A DNA stretch of 64,000 nt from Prevotellaceae bacterium (lineage in GTDB: Bacteria > Bacteroidota > Bacteroidia > Bacteroidales > Bacteroidaceae): contig JAQYEW010000064.1 of NCBI GenBank assembly GCA_028723455.1, positions 5,617-69,616 of the forward strand, in the 5' to 3' direction. Position numbers and translations under genes: made by a program. Shown here piece by piece: positions 29,027 to 38,320 of this stretch (the first letter of the stretch is position 1; each line of letters begins with the position of its first letter). Under the pieces are notes generated by a model. The model did not search any database. It was given only the letters and a program-made list of their open reading frames with translations, and had not been told where the DNA came from.

Positions 29027-30280
29027 ATGGAGAGAAACAGACAGGACATTGACCTTAGGGAGCTAAAGATGCAATACGGCATTGTTGGCCGCGACCCCAA
29101 ATTGGATCGCGTGCTTCACACCGCATTGCAGGTGGCCCGTACGAACCTCTCCGTTCTTATCCAGGGCGAAAGCGGAACGGGTAAGGAGGCCATTCCGCGC
29201 ATCATCCACAACAACAGTCTGCGGAAGGCGCGTCCCTACATTGCCATCAACTGTGGCAGCATACCGGAGGGGACGATTGACAGCGAACTCTTTGGCCATG
29301 TCAAGGGCTCCTTCACGGGAGCCATTGCCGACCACGAGGGATATTTCGGGGCAGCCAATGGCGGAACCTTGTTTTTGGACGAAGTGGGGGAACTGCCGCT
29401 TAGTACGCAAGTACGTCTGCTGCGCGTTCTGGAAACGGGAGAGTATGTGCCTGTGGGCAGCAACACACCCAAGAAGACAGACGTGCGCATTGTGGCTGCC
29501 ACCAATGTTCAGATGAAGAACGCCATTCGCGAAGGCCATTTCCGCGAGGACTTGTATTACCGCCTCTGCACCATCAGCATCCTGATGCCCCCCCTGCGCG
29601 ACAGAGGCATGGATATGGTGCTGCTGTTCCGCAAATTTGCGATGGATACAGCGCGCGAGTACCATATCCCTCAGGAACTGATGCTTACCTCCGAAGCGGA
29701 GCAGGTGGTGATGTCCTACAAATGGCCCGGCAATATCCGCCAGTTGAAAAACATTGTGGAACAGATGAGTATTCTGTGCGAAGACCGTACGGTAACGCCC
29801 GACGTGTTGGCAGAATATCATATTTTCCCCGGCGAGGAAAGCACAGCGGTTAGTGCGCCGAACAGTTGTCGCCGGGATACGGATGACGCCAACCTGCGTC
29901 AGACGGTGGAGATAATGAAATATGCCATCGCCAGTCTGAAGCAGGACGTGGAGATGTTGAAGCGCAAGATGGGTGTTGCGGAGGACGCAAACCCTCTGCC
30001 TGCCGTTGCTCAGTTGGATGCTCCGCACGACATAACTCCCTCTGTGCCTGCGGTGCGCTATGAGCAGCGTCCCGTAAAAACTGTTCCACCGCAAAAAGTG
30101 TTGGACGAGGGCGAAGACGTGGAAGCCATGGACGACCTGAACATTGCCGACATGGAAAAGAAAATGATTGAACGTGCCCTGCGCAAGCACCACAACCGCC
30201 GCAAGAATGCGGCCGCGGAATTGGGCTTGAGCGAGCGCACATTGTATCGGAAGATAAAGGATTATGGTCTGGAAGAATAG
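29027..30280 (+). CDS. Sigma-54-dependent transcriptional activator with an AAA+ domain and a C-terminal Fis-type HTH but no N-terminal sensor or receiver domain
   Basis: ORF track, 417 aa. The Walker A motif GESGTGKE begins about residue 47. It also has GSFTGA, GGTLFLDEVGELP and a C-terminal HTH AAAELGLSERTLYRKIKDYGL. Confidence 0.9.
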   Translation: MERNRQDIDLRELKMQYGIVGRDPKLDRVLHTALQVARTNLSVLIQGESGTGKEAIPRIIHNNSLRKARPYIAINCGSIPEGTIDSELFGHVKGSFTGAIADHEGYFGAANGGTLFLDEVGELPLSTQVRLLRVLETGEYVPVGSNTPKKTDVRIVAATNVQMKNAIREGHFREDLYYRLCTISILMPPLRDRGMDMVLLFRKFAMDTAREYHIPQELMLTSEAEQVVMSYKWPGNIRQLKNIVEQMSILCEDRTVTPDVLAEYHIFPGEESTAVSAPNSCRRDTDDANLRQTVEIMKYAIASLKQDVEMLKRKMGVAEDANPLPAVAQLDAPHDITPSVPAVRYEQRPVKTVPPQKVLDEGEDVEAMDDLNIADMEKKMIERALRKHHNRRKNAAAELGLSERTLYRKIKDYGLEE

Positions 30281-30806
30281 GGCTTTTTTCCCAACATACG
30301 CCGCCTCTGTTTCGGCCTTGTTGTTCGTCGGCTGCCTGTTGTTTACAGGTTGCAAGATAAGTTATGCCTTTAATGGAGCCAGCATCGACTATACCACCAC
30401 CAAGACCATTCAAATTGACAATTTCCCCATTCGTTCCACCTACGTTTGGGCACCCATGCAAAGCATCTTTCAGAATCGTTTGAGCGACATTTTTGCCCAG
30501 CAGACCAAGCTGCGTCAGGTAAAGCGCGGAGGCGATTTGCAGTTAAGCGGAGAAATCACCGGCTTCGACCAATACAATAAGGCCATCAGCAGCGACGGCT
30601 ATAGTAGCCAGGTGCAGCTGAAGATGACGGTGAATGTGCGTTTCGTGAATAACAAGAACCACAACGAGGACTTTGAGCGTGCGTTCTCGGCAACAACCGA
30701 ATACGACGCAACACAGCAGCTGACCAGCGTACAGGAGGAACTGGTAACCCAGATGGTACGCGATATTACAGATCAGATCTTTAACGCCACGGTGGCAAAC
30801 TGGTAA
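30264..30806 (+). CDS. LptE-like lipoprotein
   Basis: ORF track, 180 aa. The lipobox is LLFTGC. Size and pattern fit the Bacteroidota LptE family, and it overlaps the upstream stop. Confidence 0.6.
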   Translation: MVWKNRAFFPTYAASVSALLFVGCLLFTGCKISYAFNGASIDYTTTKTIQIDNFPIRSTYVWAPMQSIFQNRLSDIFAQQTKLRQVKRGGDLQLSGEITGFDQYNKAISSDGYSSQVQLKMTVNVRFVNNKNHNEDFERAFSATTEYDATQQLTSVQEELVTQMVRDITDQIFNATVANW

Positions 30807-30812
30807 GGAATT

Positions 30813-31577
30813 ATGGCTGATAGGAATATGTCTGACTATATTAGCAATGTGCGGGGGGCAAGTCCTGCCGCCCTGAACCATCTGCGTCAGCTGGTGGACC
30901 GCTATCCCTATTTCCATGCCGCCCGTATTGCCTATCTGCGCAACCTGTATAAGAATCACGACCCGAACTTCGGGCAGGAACTGCGCAAGGCAGCGCTTTA
31001 TCTGCCCTCGCGTGAAGTGCTTTACGCAATGATAGAGGGAGAACGCCTGAATCCCGCACAATTCGCAAAATCACAAGGGGTACGTCCGAAGAAGTCCGGT
31101 TCGGAGGATTCCAGTACGCGCACGGAGTCCTTGATAGGGCAGTTTCTGGATACCGTTGACGATCCCAAACCAAGGCGTGCTCAGAAAACCGATGCCTCGG
31201 TCGATTATCTCGAGTTTCTGCGGCAAAACGAAATGAACAGTGAAGTGTTCGGAACGGCTGACAGCAAGGGGCACAAAACGAAGCAGCAGGAGAAGGGTAA
31301 CGATGTCATCAACAAGTTCCTGGAAAACGAAGGCAAGTTCCAGATTCATGAGCGCAAGGACGAAGAACTGCTTCACCCTCAGGAAAAGTTTGAAAACGAA
31401 GCGGACAGCGGTGTTTTAACGGAAATGATGGCTAAAATATACATCAAACAAGGGAAATATGACAAAGCCTTTGAAATTATTAAACGTCTTTCCTTGAAAA
31501 ATCCGAAAAAAAATCGTTACTTTGCAGACCAAATACGTTTCTTGCAGAAGATTATAATAAATAACAACAATAAATAA
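30813..31577 (+). CDS. Hypothetical protein with a helical, TPR-like C-terminus
   Basis: ORF track, 254 aa, with no signal peptide. The C-terminal stretch MAKIYIKQGKYDKAFEIIKRLSLKNP is TPR-like. Confidence 0.6.
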   Translation: MADRNMSDYISNVRGASPAALNHLRQLVDRYPYFHAARIAYLRNLYKNHDPNFGQELRKAALYLPSREVLYAMIEGERLNPAQFAKSQGVRPKKSGSEDSSTRTESLIGQFLDTVDDPKPRRAQKTDASVDYLEFLRQNEMNSEVFGTADSKGHKTKQQEKGNDVINKFLENEGKFQIHERKDEELLHPQEKFENEADSGVLTEMMAKIYIKQGKYDKAFEIIKRLSLKNPKKNRYFADQIRFLQKIIINNNNK

Positions 31578-31589
31578 AAAGACAGAACA

Positions 31590-31943
31590 ATGTACATCAC
31601 ACTTGTAATTCTGATTGTTTTGGCATCCTTGCTCATGTGCCTGATCGTTCTCGTTCAGGAATCAAAGGGCGGTGGCTTGGCAAGCAGTTTTTCTGAAAAC
31701 AACGCCATGCTGGGCGTACGTAAAACCACCGATGTCGTCGAGAAAATCACTTGGGGCTTGGCCATTGTAATGGTTGTGCTCAGTGTGCTCAGTGTTGCAT
31801 TCCTTAGTAATGGCAATGCGACCGGCTCTGTAATCACTCCCACTACCGAGGAGGTTGCCAATCCCGGTATCGAAACCGGCACTGCCGGCGAGACACCCGC
31901 ACCTGCTGCAACAACTGCTCCTGCAGAAGCTCCCGCCAACTAA
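31590..31943 (+). CDS. secG: Preprotein translocase subunit SecG
   Basis: ORF track, 117 aa: MYITLVILIVLASLLMCLIVLVQESKGGGL.., with a second TM helix and a low-complexity tail rich in T, A and P. Confidence 0.88.
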   Translation: MYITLVILIVLASLLMCLIVLVQESKGGGLASSFSENNAMLGVRKTTDVVEKITWGLAIVMVVLSVLSVAFLSNGNATGSVITPTTEEVANPGIETGTAGETPAPAATTAPAEAPAN

Positions 31944-32050
31944 AGCCGGGGAACGGTACTATCAACGTTTTTTGACAGACTTCACATAGTAAGGGTCCAT
32001 ACGGGGCAAAGTCTCCCGATATGGGCCTTTATTTTTTCTACCTTATTTAT

Positions 32051-34135
32051 ATGAACATGAAGAAAACATTCCTTTCGCTGCTTTTTACGCTAAGCGTTCC
32101 TTGCTTGGCACAATCGCCCGCCTCTTGGACAGCCGACAACGGCAACGGCACATTCACCAATCCGCTTTTCTACGAGGAGTTCTCTGACCCCGACATCCTG
32201 CGCGTGGGGGATGATTACTATCTGGCGGGTACAACGATGCACAGCGTACCTGGACTGGTAATCCTTCATTCGCGTGATTTGGTGAACTGGGAAAATATTT
32301 CATATTGCTTCGACAGATTCAATTTCCAGGACGATGCCTTTTCGCTGAAGAATAAAAAGGAGATTTACGGAGAAGGCATCTGGGCTCCTTGCATCCGCTA
32401 CGCCAACGGACAGTTTTATGTCTATAGCAATGTCAATGGCAAGGGCTTGCAGTGTTGGACCAGCAAGGACATCCGAGGCCCTTGGAAGCATCATAATATG
32501 GAAGGACGTATCTATGACCTCAGCGTGCTCTTTGACGACGACGGCAAGATTTATGCCATCCATGGCTATGGCGAAGTACACTGCACCGAATTGAAGCCTG
32601 ACATGAGCGGCCCAATCGAGGAAACCGACCGCATTATCATTCCCCAAGGCAGTGCTGTGGGCGAGGGACACCATATCTATAAGATTGACGGCATGTACTA
32701 TCTGATCAGTACGGACTATAAGCCCAATGGACGGACACTCTGTTCGCGCTCGAAAAGCATTTGGGGGCCGTACGAAACCTGCGTGATTACGGCAGATGAA
32801 ACCTTCGGTTATCATGCCGCCCCGCTTACACAAATCAAAGGAAGGATTCAGCCCGACGGCTTCCCCGTTTCCCTGGGAGGGCAGGACAAGGACGCTACGG
32901 CATGCACAAATATTCACCAGGGCGGTATCGTTCAAACACAAACAGGCGAGTGGTATGCCCTCCTGATGATGGACTTCCATAGCATTGGACGCACGGTAAC
33001 CTTAGCTCCCGTTACTTGGAAAGACGGATGGCCCATGCTGGGTTTGGAAGGCAACTTAGGTCGCGCTCCCCGTACCTGGTTCAAACCCAACATTCCCGGC
33101 ACGGAGAATATAAAGCCCCATGCGCCCTATCAGCGCAACGAAGACTTTAACGGAAAACAGTTGGGTCGCATCTGGCAATGGAACCATAACCCGGAGGATG
33201 CGAATTGGCGAATCAAAGGCGGACGCCTACACTTGAAAGCCATGCCCGCCGAACAGCTGATGTGGTCTCGCAATTCGCTCACGCAGCGTGTAATCGGGCC
33301 CACCAGCAATACCACCGTGGAATTATATACCAGCCGATTGAAGGATGGAGACGTGGCGGGATTGGGCAATATTAACGTTCCCTGCTCGTGGATCGGTGTC
33401 GTCAAACAACAAAAGAAGCATATCCTGCGTTGCTTTCAGCAGTTGACAAACGATACCATTGACGTTCAGATTCCCCAGCAAGCACGCATTTGGCTGCGCT
33501 TGGAGGGAGATTTTGACAACAACCGCACACGTTATGCTTACAGCCTCAATGGCGTCGACTACCAGATTGTGGGCGACTGGATGCCCCTGAGCTATCAGTT
33601 GATTACCTTCCAAGGTTCAAGAACGGCATTGTTTGCTTTCAATCACAAAGGTTTGGAAGGTGGAACGGCGCAGTTTGATAACTTTCAGGTGGACGAACAG
33701 AAGGCGGACCGCAGCGGAAACATTCCTTATGGCAAAACCATCCGTATCATCAACCTTGCCACCAACAAGCCCATGTGTGCGCTACCTCATGGCTTGATGT
33801 ACGACACACATGCGGGAGACAGGGGAGAATTGACCCGCTTCCGGTTGATTGACAGAGGCAATGGCAAGGTCGCCCTGCAGTGTGCGGATGGACGCTACGT
33901 GTTTGTGAGCGGTTTGGGCATTGCCGGAGACGTGCGCCTGACAAATAACGCCGAGTTGGCAGAGGAGTTTCTTTGGCAGGATTATCTTGAGCATGAATTT
34001 ATGCTCATGAGCACACGTACGCATACCTATATAGGTAAGAGTCCCACCACAGGCAGTCCCTATGGCATGGATTACAAGGGAGCAGACCCCAACCGGCGCA
34101 ATGGTGCCGTGTTCCGTTGGGAAGAGGTGCAATAA
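32051..34135 (+). CDS. Glycoside hydrolase family 43 protein with a C-terminal accessory beta-sandwich domain
   Basis: ORF 32021..34135 trimmed to M11 (MNMKKTFLSLLFTLSVPCLAQ). GH43 signatures are NPLFYEEFSDPDILRVGDDYYLAGTTMHSVPGLVILHSRDLVNW, GIWAPCIRY and GEGHHIYKIDGMYYL. Confidence 0.88.
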   Translation: MNMKKTFLSLLFTLSVPCLAQSPASWTADNGNGTFTNPLFYEEFSDPDILRVGDDYYLAGTTMHSVPGLVILHSRDLVNWENISYCFDRFNFQDDAFSLKNKKEIYGEGIWAPCIRYANGQFYVYSNVNGKGLQCWTSKDIRGPWKHHNMEGRIYDLSVLFDDDGKIYAIHGYGEVHCTELKPDMSGPIEETDRIIIPQGSAVGEGHHIYKIDGMYYLISTDYKPNGRTLCSRSKSIWGPYETCVITADETFGYHAAPLTQIKGRIQPDGFPVSLGGQDKDATACTNIHQGGIVQTQTGEWYALLMMDFHSIGRTVTLAPVTWKDGWPMLGLEGNLGRAPRTWFKPNIPGTENIKPHAPYQRNEDFNGKQLGRIWQWNHNPEDANWRIKGGRLHLKAMPAEQLMWSRNSLTQRVIGPTSNTTVELYTSRLKDGDVAGLGNINVPCSWIGVVKQQKKHILRCFQQLTNDTIDVQIPQQARIWLRLEGDFDNNRTRYAYSLNGVDYQIVGDWMPLSYQLITFQGSRTALFAFNHKGLEGGTAQFDNFQVDEQKADRSGNIPYGKTIRIINLATNKPMCALPHGLMYDTHAGDRGELTRFRLIDRGNGKVALQCADGRYVFVSGLGIAGDVRLTNNAELAEEFLWQDYLEHEFMLMSTRTHTYIGKSPTTGSPYGMDYKGADPNRRNGAVFRWEEVQ

Positions 34136-34211
34136 TGCCAGGAAAGAGATAAAAGTTGGGCTAAAGCAAAAATAATCTTAAAAAGCGTTTGGTCAAATCA
34201 AGGATAAGTAC

Positions 34212-34219
34212 TAATTTTG
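34212..34219 (+). promoter_or_regulatory. Bacteroidota -7 box (TAatTTTG) for the serC operon
   Basis: The sequence is taattttg, 38 nt upstream of the ATG at 34257. Confidence 0.45.
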
Positions 34220-34256
34220 AGTTATCTTATTAACCTCTAACTAAAACATTAGTGTC

Positions 34257-35327
34257 ATGAAGAAGTACAACTTTAATGCAGGTCCTTCAAAGTTGCCTGC
34301 AGAGGTAATGGAAGCAGTGAGCAACGCATGCATGGATTTTGAAGGCAGCGGGCTCTCTCTCATGGAGATGAGCCATCGTGCCAAGAACTTCCAGCCCGTC
34401 GTTGACGAAGCTATCGCCCTGTTCAAGGAACTTTTGAACATTCCAGAAGGCTATAGTGTCCTCTTCCTTGGTGGAGGTGCCAGCATGCAGTTCTGCATGG
34501 TTCCCTACAACTTCCTGGAAAAGAAAGCGGCCTACATGAATACGGGCGTATGGGCCAAGAAGGCTTTGGCCGAAGCCAAGTTGTTTGGTGAAGTGGTAGA
34601 GGTGGCCAGCAGTGCTGACAAGACCTATAACTACCTGCCCACCGGCTACGAAATTCCTGCTGATGCTGATTATTTGCACATAACAACCAACAATACCATC
34701 TACGGTACCGAGCTTCACGAGGATTTGGATGCCCCCATTCCCGTTGTGGCCGATATGAGTTCTGACATTTTCTCTCGTCCCGTCGATGTCAGCAAATACG
34801 TATGTATTTATGGCGGTGCCCAGAAGAATCTGGCGATGGCAGGCGTTACCTTCGTGATTGTAAAGGACGAGGCTCTGGGCAAGGTAAGCCGACAGATTCC
34901 CACGATGCTTGATTATCGCACGCATATCAATGGCGGTTCCATGTTCAATACGCCTCCTACGGTGCCCATCTACTGCGCCCTGCAAACCTTGAAATGGATC
35001 AAGAAAGAGGGTGGCGTGGAGGAAATGCAACGCCGTGCCGAGGCTAAGGCTGCTTTGCTCTATGGTGAAATCGAGCGTAACAAACTCTTCGTGCCCACGG
35101 TTGCCAATCCCAAAGACCGTTCGTACATGAACATCTGCTTCGTAATGGCACCCGAATATAAGGATTTGGAGGCTGAATTCCTTGACTTCGCAACGAAGCA
35201 GGGCATGGTAGGTATCAAGGGACACCGCAGTGTGGGTGGCTTCCGCGCCAGCACTTATAACGCTGTAACCCTTGAGGATGTACAAGCTTTGGTGGCTTGC
35301 ATGCAGGAGTTTGAAAGCAAACATTAA
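34257..35327 (+). CDS. serC: Phosphoserine aminotransferase
   Basis: ORF track, 356 aa: [33 protein letters not shown].., and GGAQKN. Confidence 0.96.
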   Translation: MKKYNFNAGPSKLPAEVMEAVSNACMDFEGSGLSLMEMSHRAKNFQPVVDEAIALFKELLNIPEGYSVLFLGGGASMQFCMVPYNFLEKKAAYMNTGVWAKKALAEAKLFGEVVEVASSADKTYNYLPTGYEIPADADYLHITTNNTIYGTELHEDLDAPIPVVADMSSDIFSRPVDVSKYVCIYGGAQKNLAMAGVTFVIVKDEALGKVSRQIPTMLDYRTHINGGSMFNTPPTVPIYCALQTLKWIKKEGGVEEMQRRAEAKAALLYGEIERNKLFVPTVANPKDRSYMNICFVMAPEYKDLEAEFLDFATKQGMVGIKGHRSVGGFRASTYNAVTLEDVQALVACMQEFESKH

Positions 35328-35347
35328 CTTAATCGGATTAAAAGACT

Positions 35348-36271
35348 ATGGCAAAGATACTTATAGCAACAGAAAAACCTTTTAGCAAAAGTGCCGTAGA
35401 AGACATTATAAAGGTGGTAGACGCTACTAATCATGAACTGGTTTTGCTGGAGAAATACACGGAGAAACAACAGCTTTTGGATGCAGTGGCAGATGTCGAT
35501 GCCCTCATAGTACGTTCCGATATTGTAGATGCAGAGGTAGTAAACGCCGCCAATCATCTGAAGATTGTGGTGCGTGCCGGTGCCGGTTATGACAATCTTG
35601 ATCTGGAAGCGATGAGAAACAAGCACATTGTGGCCATGAACACGCCAGGGCAGAACGCCAACAGCGTGGCAGAACTTGTCTTTGGCATGCTTGTCTTTGC
35701 GGTGCGTAACTTCTTCAATGGCACCAGCGGAACGGAGTTAAAGGGTAAGAAACTGGGGCTTTTGGCTTTTGGCAACGTAGGACGCAATGTGGCACGTATT
35801 GCCAAGGGCTTTGAGATGGAAGTCTATGCTTATGACGCCTTCTGTCCGATTGCGGATATTGAGGCGGCGGGTGTACATGCCGTAGGCACTCGGGAGGCGC
35901 TGTTCGACACCTGCGACATTGTCAGCCTGCATATTCCCGCTACAGCAGAGACACGCGGCAGCATCAATGCCCAACTGCTGGGTCGCATGAAGAAAGGCGG
36001 CATTCTCGTAAACACCGCCCGTAAGGAGGTGATTGACGAGGAGAGCTTGCTGCAACTCATGGAGGAGCGTGCCGATCTCAAATACATGACAGATATCAAG
36101 CCCGACGCGGACAGCCTGTTTGCAGAGAAGCTTGCCGGCCGTTATTTCGCGACACCAAAGAAGATGGGAGCACAAACCGCAGAGGCGAATGCCAATGCCG
36201 GTATTGCCGCAGCCAAACAGATTATCGGATATATTGAAAAGGGTATTACCACCTTCCAACTCAACAAGTAA
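35348..36271 (+). CDS. serA: D-3-phosphoglycerate dehydrogenase (short 2-hydroxyacid dehydrogenase type)
   Basis: ORF track, 307 aa. The NAD-binding motif is GLLAFGNVGRNVA. The context is immediately downstream of serC. Confidence 0.85.
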   Translation: MAKILIATEKPFSKSAVEDIIKVVDATNHELVLLEKYTEKQQLLDAVADVDALIVRSDIVDAEVVNAANHLKIVVRAGAGYDNLDLEAMRNKHIVAMNTPGQNANSVAELVFGMLVFAVRNFFNGTSGTELKGKKLGLLAFGNVGRNVARIAKGFEMEVYAYDAFCPIADIEAAGVHAVGTREALFDTCDIVSLHIPATAETRGSINAQLLGRMKKGGILVNTARKEVIDEESLLQLMEERADLKYMTDIKPDADSLFAEKLAGRYFATPKKMGAQTAEANANAGIAAAKQIIGYIEKGITTFQLNK

Positions 36272-36283
36272 AGCTTTTTCATT

Positions 36284-37534
36284 ATGACGAAGATAAAGCC
36301 TTTCAAAGCACTGAGGCCTCCCAAGGAATTGGTGGAGCAGGTGGCCAGCCGCCCTTATGATGTATTGGATAGCGAAGAGGCCAGGGCAGAAGCAGCCGGT
36401 AATGCCATGAGTCTTTACCATATCATCAAGCCCGAGATTGATTTTCCCGTGGGCACCAGCGAGTATGCCCCATGCGTCTATGAACAAGCGACCCGGAACT
36501 TCCAACTCTTTCAGGAGAAAGGTTGGTTGGTGCAGGATGACAAGGAACAGTATTATGTCTATGCACAAACGATGAAGGGAAAGACGCAATTCGGCCTTGT
36601 GGTTGCTGCCGCCGTAAAAGATTATATGGATGGCAGCATCAAGAAGCATGAACTGACTCGCAAGGATAAGGAAGAGGACCGGATGAAGCATGTGCGTGCC
36701 ACTTGTGCCAATATGGAACCCGTTTTCTTTGCCTATCCCGATGATAGCGACATTGATGCCCTTGTTGCCCGCTATACCGCGCAGGCACCGGTGTACGATT
36801 TCACTGCCCCGGATGATGGCTTCCGTCATCAGTTGTGGATAATCAGCAATGAGGATGACATCCGGTTTCTTACCGGACGCTTTGCCCAAAAACCGGCGAT
36901 GTATATTGCTGACGGTCATCACCGCAGTGCTGCCGCAGCCCTGGTTGGCGCAGAAATGGCGCGCGAGGACAAGAACTGGAGTGGGGAAGAGGAGTACAAT
37001 TACTTTATGGCTGTATGTTTCCCTGCCAGCCAGCTTACCGTACTCGACTACAACCGTGTTGTTCGGGACCTGAACGGTATGGATTCAGCAACGTTCTTCC
37101 AACGCCTCTCGGTGCATTTCGAACTTACAAAGGTTGAAAACGCCGATGCGGCTCATCCCGAGAAGCGCCACCAGTTTGCGCTCTATCTGGACAAGCAATG
37201 GTACCGGCTGCAACTTCACGACGGCTTAGCCAACGAGAACGACCCCATCCAGAGTCTGGACGTAAGTCTAAGCAGCCGCTATGTTTTGGATGAATTGTTG
37301 GGAATCAAGGATTTGCGTACCGACAAGCGCATTGATTTCGTTGGCGGATTACGTGGATATGCCGAGTTGGAACGCCGCGTTGATAGTGGTGAAATGCGTA
37401 TGGCCTTGGCATTATACCCCGTGAGCATGGATGAAATCATGACCATTGCCGACCAGGGATGTATCATGCCTCCCAAGGCCACTTGGTTTGAACCGAAGCT
37501 GAGAAGCGGACTGGTTATTCACAAACTTGTTTAA
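36284..37534 (+). CDS. DUF1015 domain-containing protein
   Basis: ORF track, 416 aa: MTKIKPFKALRPPKELVEQVASRPYDVLDSEEAR.. and ..YIADGHHRSAAA.., both typical of DUF1015. Confidence 0.85.
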   Translation: MTKIKPFKALRPPKELVEQVASRPYDVLDSEEARAEAAGNAMSLYHIIKPEIDFPVGTSEYAPCVYEQATRNFQLFQEKGWLVQDDKEQYYVYAQTMKGKTQFGLVVAAAVKDYMDGSIKKHELTRKDKEEDRMKHVRATCANMEPVFFAYPDDSDIDALVARYTAQAPVYDFTAPDDGFRHQLWIISNEDDIRFLTGRFAQKPAMYIADGHHRSAAAALVGAEMAREDKNWSGEEEYNYFMAVCFPASQLTVLDYNRVVRDLNGMDSATFFQRLSVHFELTKVENADAAHPEKRHQFALYLDKQWYRLQLHDGLANENDPIQSLDVSLSSRYVLDELLGIKDLRTDKRIDFVGGLRGYAELERRVDSGEMRMALALYPVSMDEIMTIADQGCIMPPKATWFEPKLRSGLVIHKLV

Positions 37535-38165
37535 CCAGCAGAAAAAGAGCGTTCGTTTGAAGGATACTTATCTGACAATTTCCGGAGCCTCAGAAGGCGA
37601 ATACAGTGAGAAGAAAAGCAAATTCCTTGCTTTTGCCCATCACGTAGAACTGCCCGAAGAGGTCAAAGAGATTGTTTCCGAGTACAAGAAGCAATACTAC
37701 GATGCACGCCACGTTTGCTATGCCTACATGTTAGGCAGCAAGCGCGACGTGTTTCGTGCTGTGGATGATGGCGAACCATCGGGAACTGCGGGCAAACCCA
37801 TATTGGGACAGCTCAACAGTCGCGAGCTGACAGACATCCTGGTGGTCGTCGTGCGTTACTTCGGCGGCATAAAACTGGGCACAAGCGGTCTTATTGAAGC
37901 CTATCGTGAAGCAGCGGTAAGCGTTCTGGACAATGCTACGGTTGAAGAGCGCACGGTAAACGCACGGGTTCGCGTTACTTATGATTATGCCTTGATGAAT
38001 GCTGTTATGCGCGTCGTTAAGGAAGAGGAACCCCGCATCTGTCTTCAGGACTTTCAACTCCGTTGCGTTTTGGAGCTGGAAATCCGTAAGAGTAAACTGG
38101 AAAACCTGCTGAACAAATTCCGTCTGATTCGTGAAGCAAAAGTGGAACTTATAGAAGAGGGATGA
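37527..38165 (+). CDS. YigZ/IMPACT family protein (UPF0029)
   Basis: ORF track, 212 aa, TTG start, with no nearby in-frame ATG. Motifs are SKFLAFAHHV, DDGEPSGTAGKPIL and VVVVRYFGGIKLG. Confidence 0.85.
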   Translation: MFNQQKKSVRLKDTYLTISGASEGEYSEKKSKFLAFAHHVELPEEVKEIVSEYKKQYYDARHVCYAYMLGSKRDVFRAVDDGEPSGTAGKPILGQLNSRELTDILVVVVRYFGGIKLGTSGLIEAYREAAVSVLDNATVEERTVNARVRVTYDYALMNAVMRVVKEEEPRICLQDFQLRCVLELEIRKSKLENLLNKFRLIREAKVELIEEG

Positions 38166-38227
38166 TGTGCATCTCATCCGCCATCTTTTAATTAAACATA
38201 ACGTTGATTCAAATATAAATAAAGGGA

Positions 38228-38320
38228 ACAAAAAAAACATATATAAGTTTTAGAAAAATCATATATATGTTTTTGGTAAATTATATATTTGTTTTTTCAA
38301 AACTTATATATAAATTTTTT
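38228..38320. repeat. Tandem 23 bp repeat array B (4 units); the last unit overlaps the stop codon of the minus-strand gene
   Basis: Units are acaaaaaaaacatatataagtttt, agaaaaatcatatatatgttttt, ggtaaattatatatttgtttttt and caaaacttatatataaatttttt. The stop of ORF 38304..39335 (tta at 38304-38306) lies inside unit 4. Confidence 0.8.

Noticed and set aside
29063-30355. A very long antisense ORF (430 aa) lies opposite the sigma-54 activator. There are similar long antisense ORFs at 34287-35324 (345 aa, opposite serC), 35738-36922 (394 aa), 44972-46000 (342 aa, opposite serS), 46663-47745 (360 aa), 15755-16564, 18341-19252 and 57101-58075.
   Set aside because: Each lies entirely inside a gene on the other strand that has unmistakable family motifs. 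Their translations are low-information and rich in H, R, V, G and Q, with no signal peptides, domains or motifs. They are most simply shadow ORFs produced by codon bias in moderately GC-rich coding DNA. Only ribosome profiling could rescue any of them.
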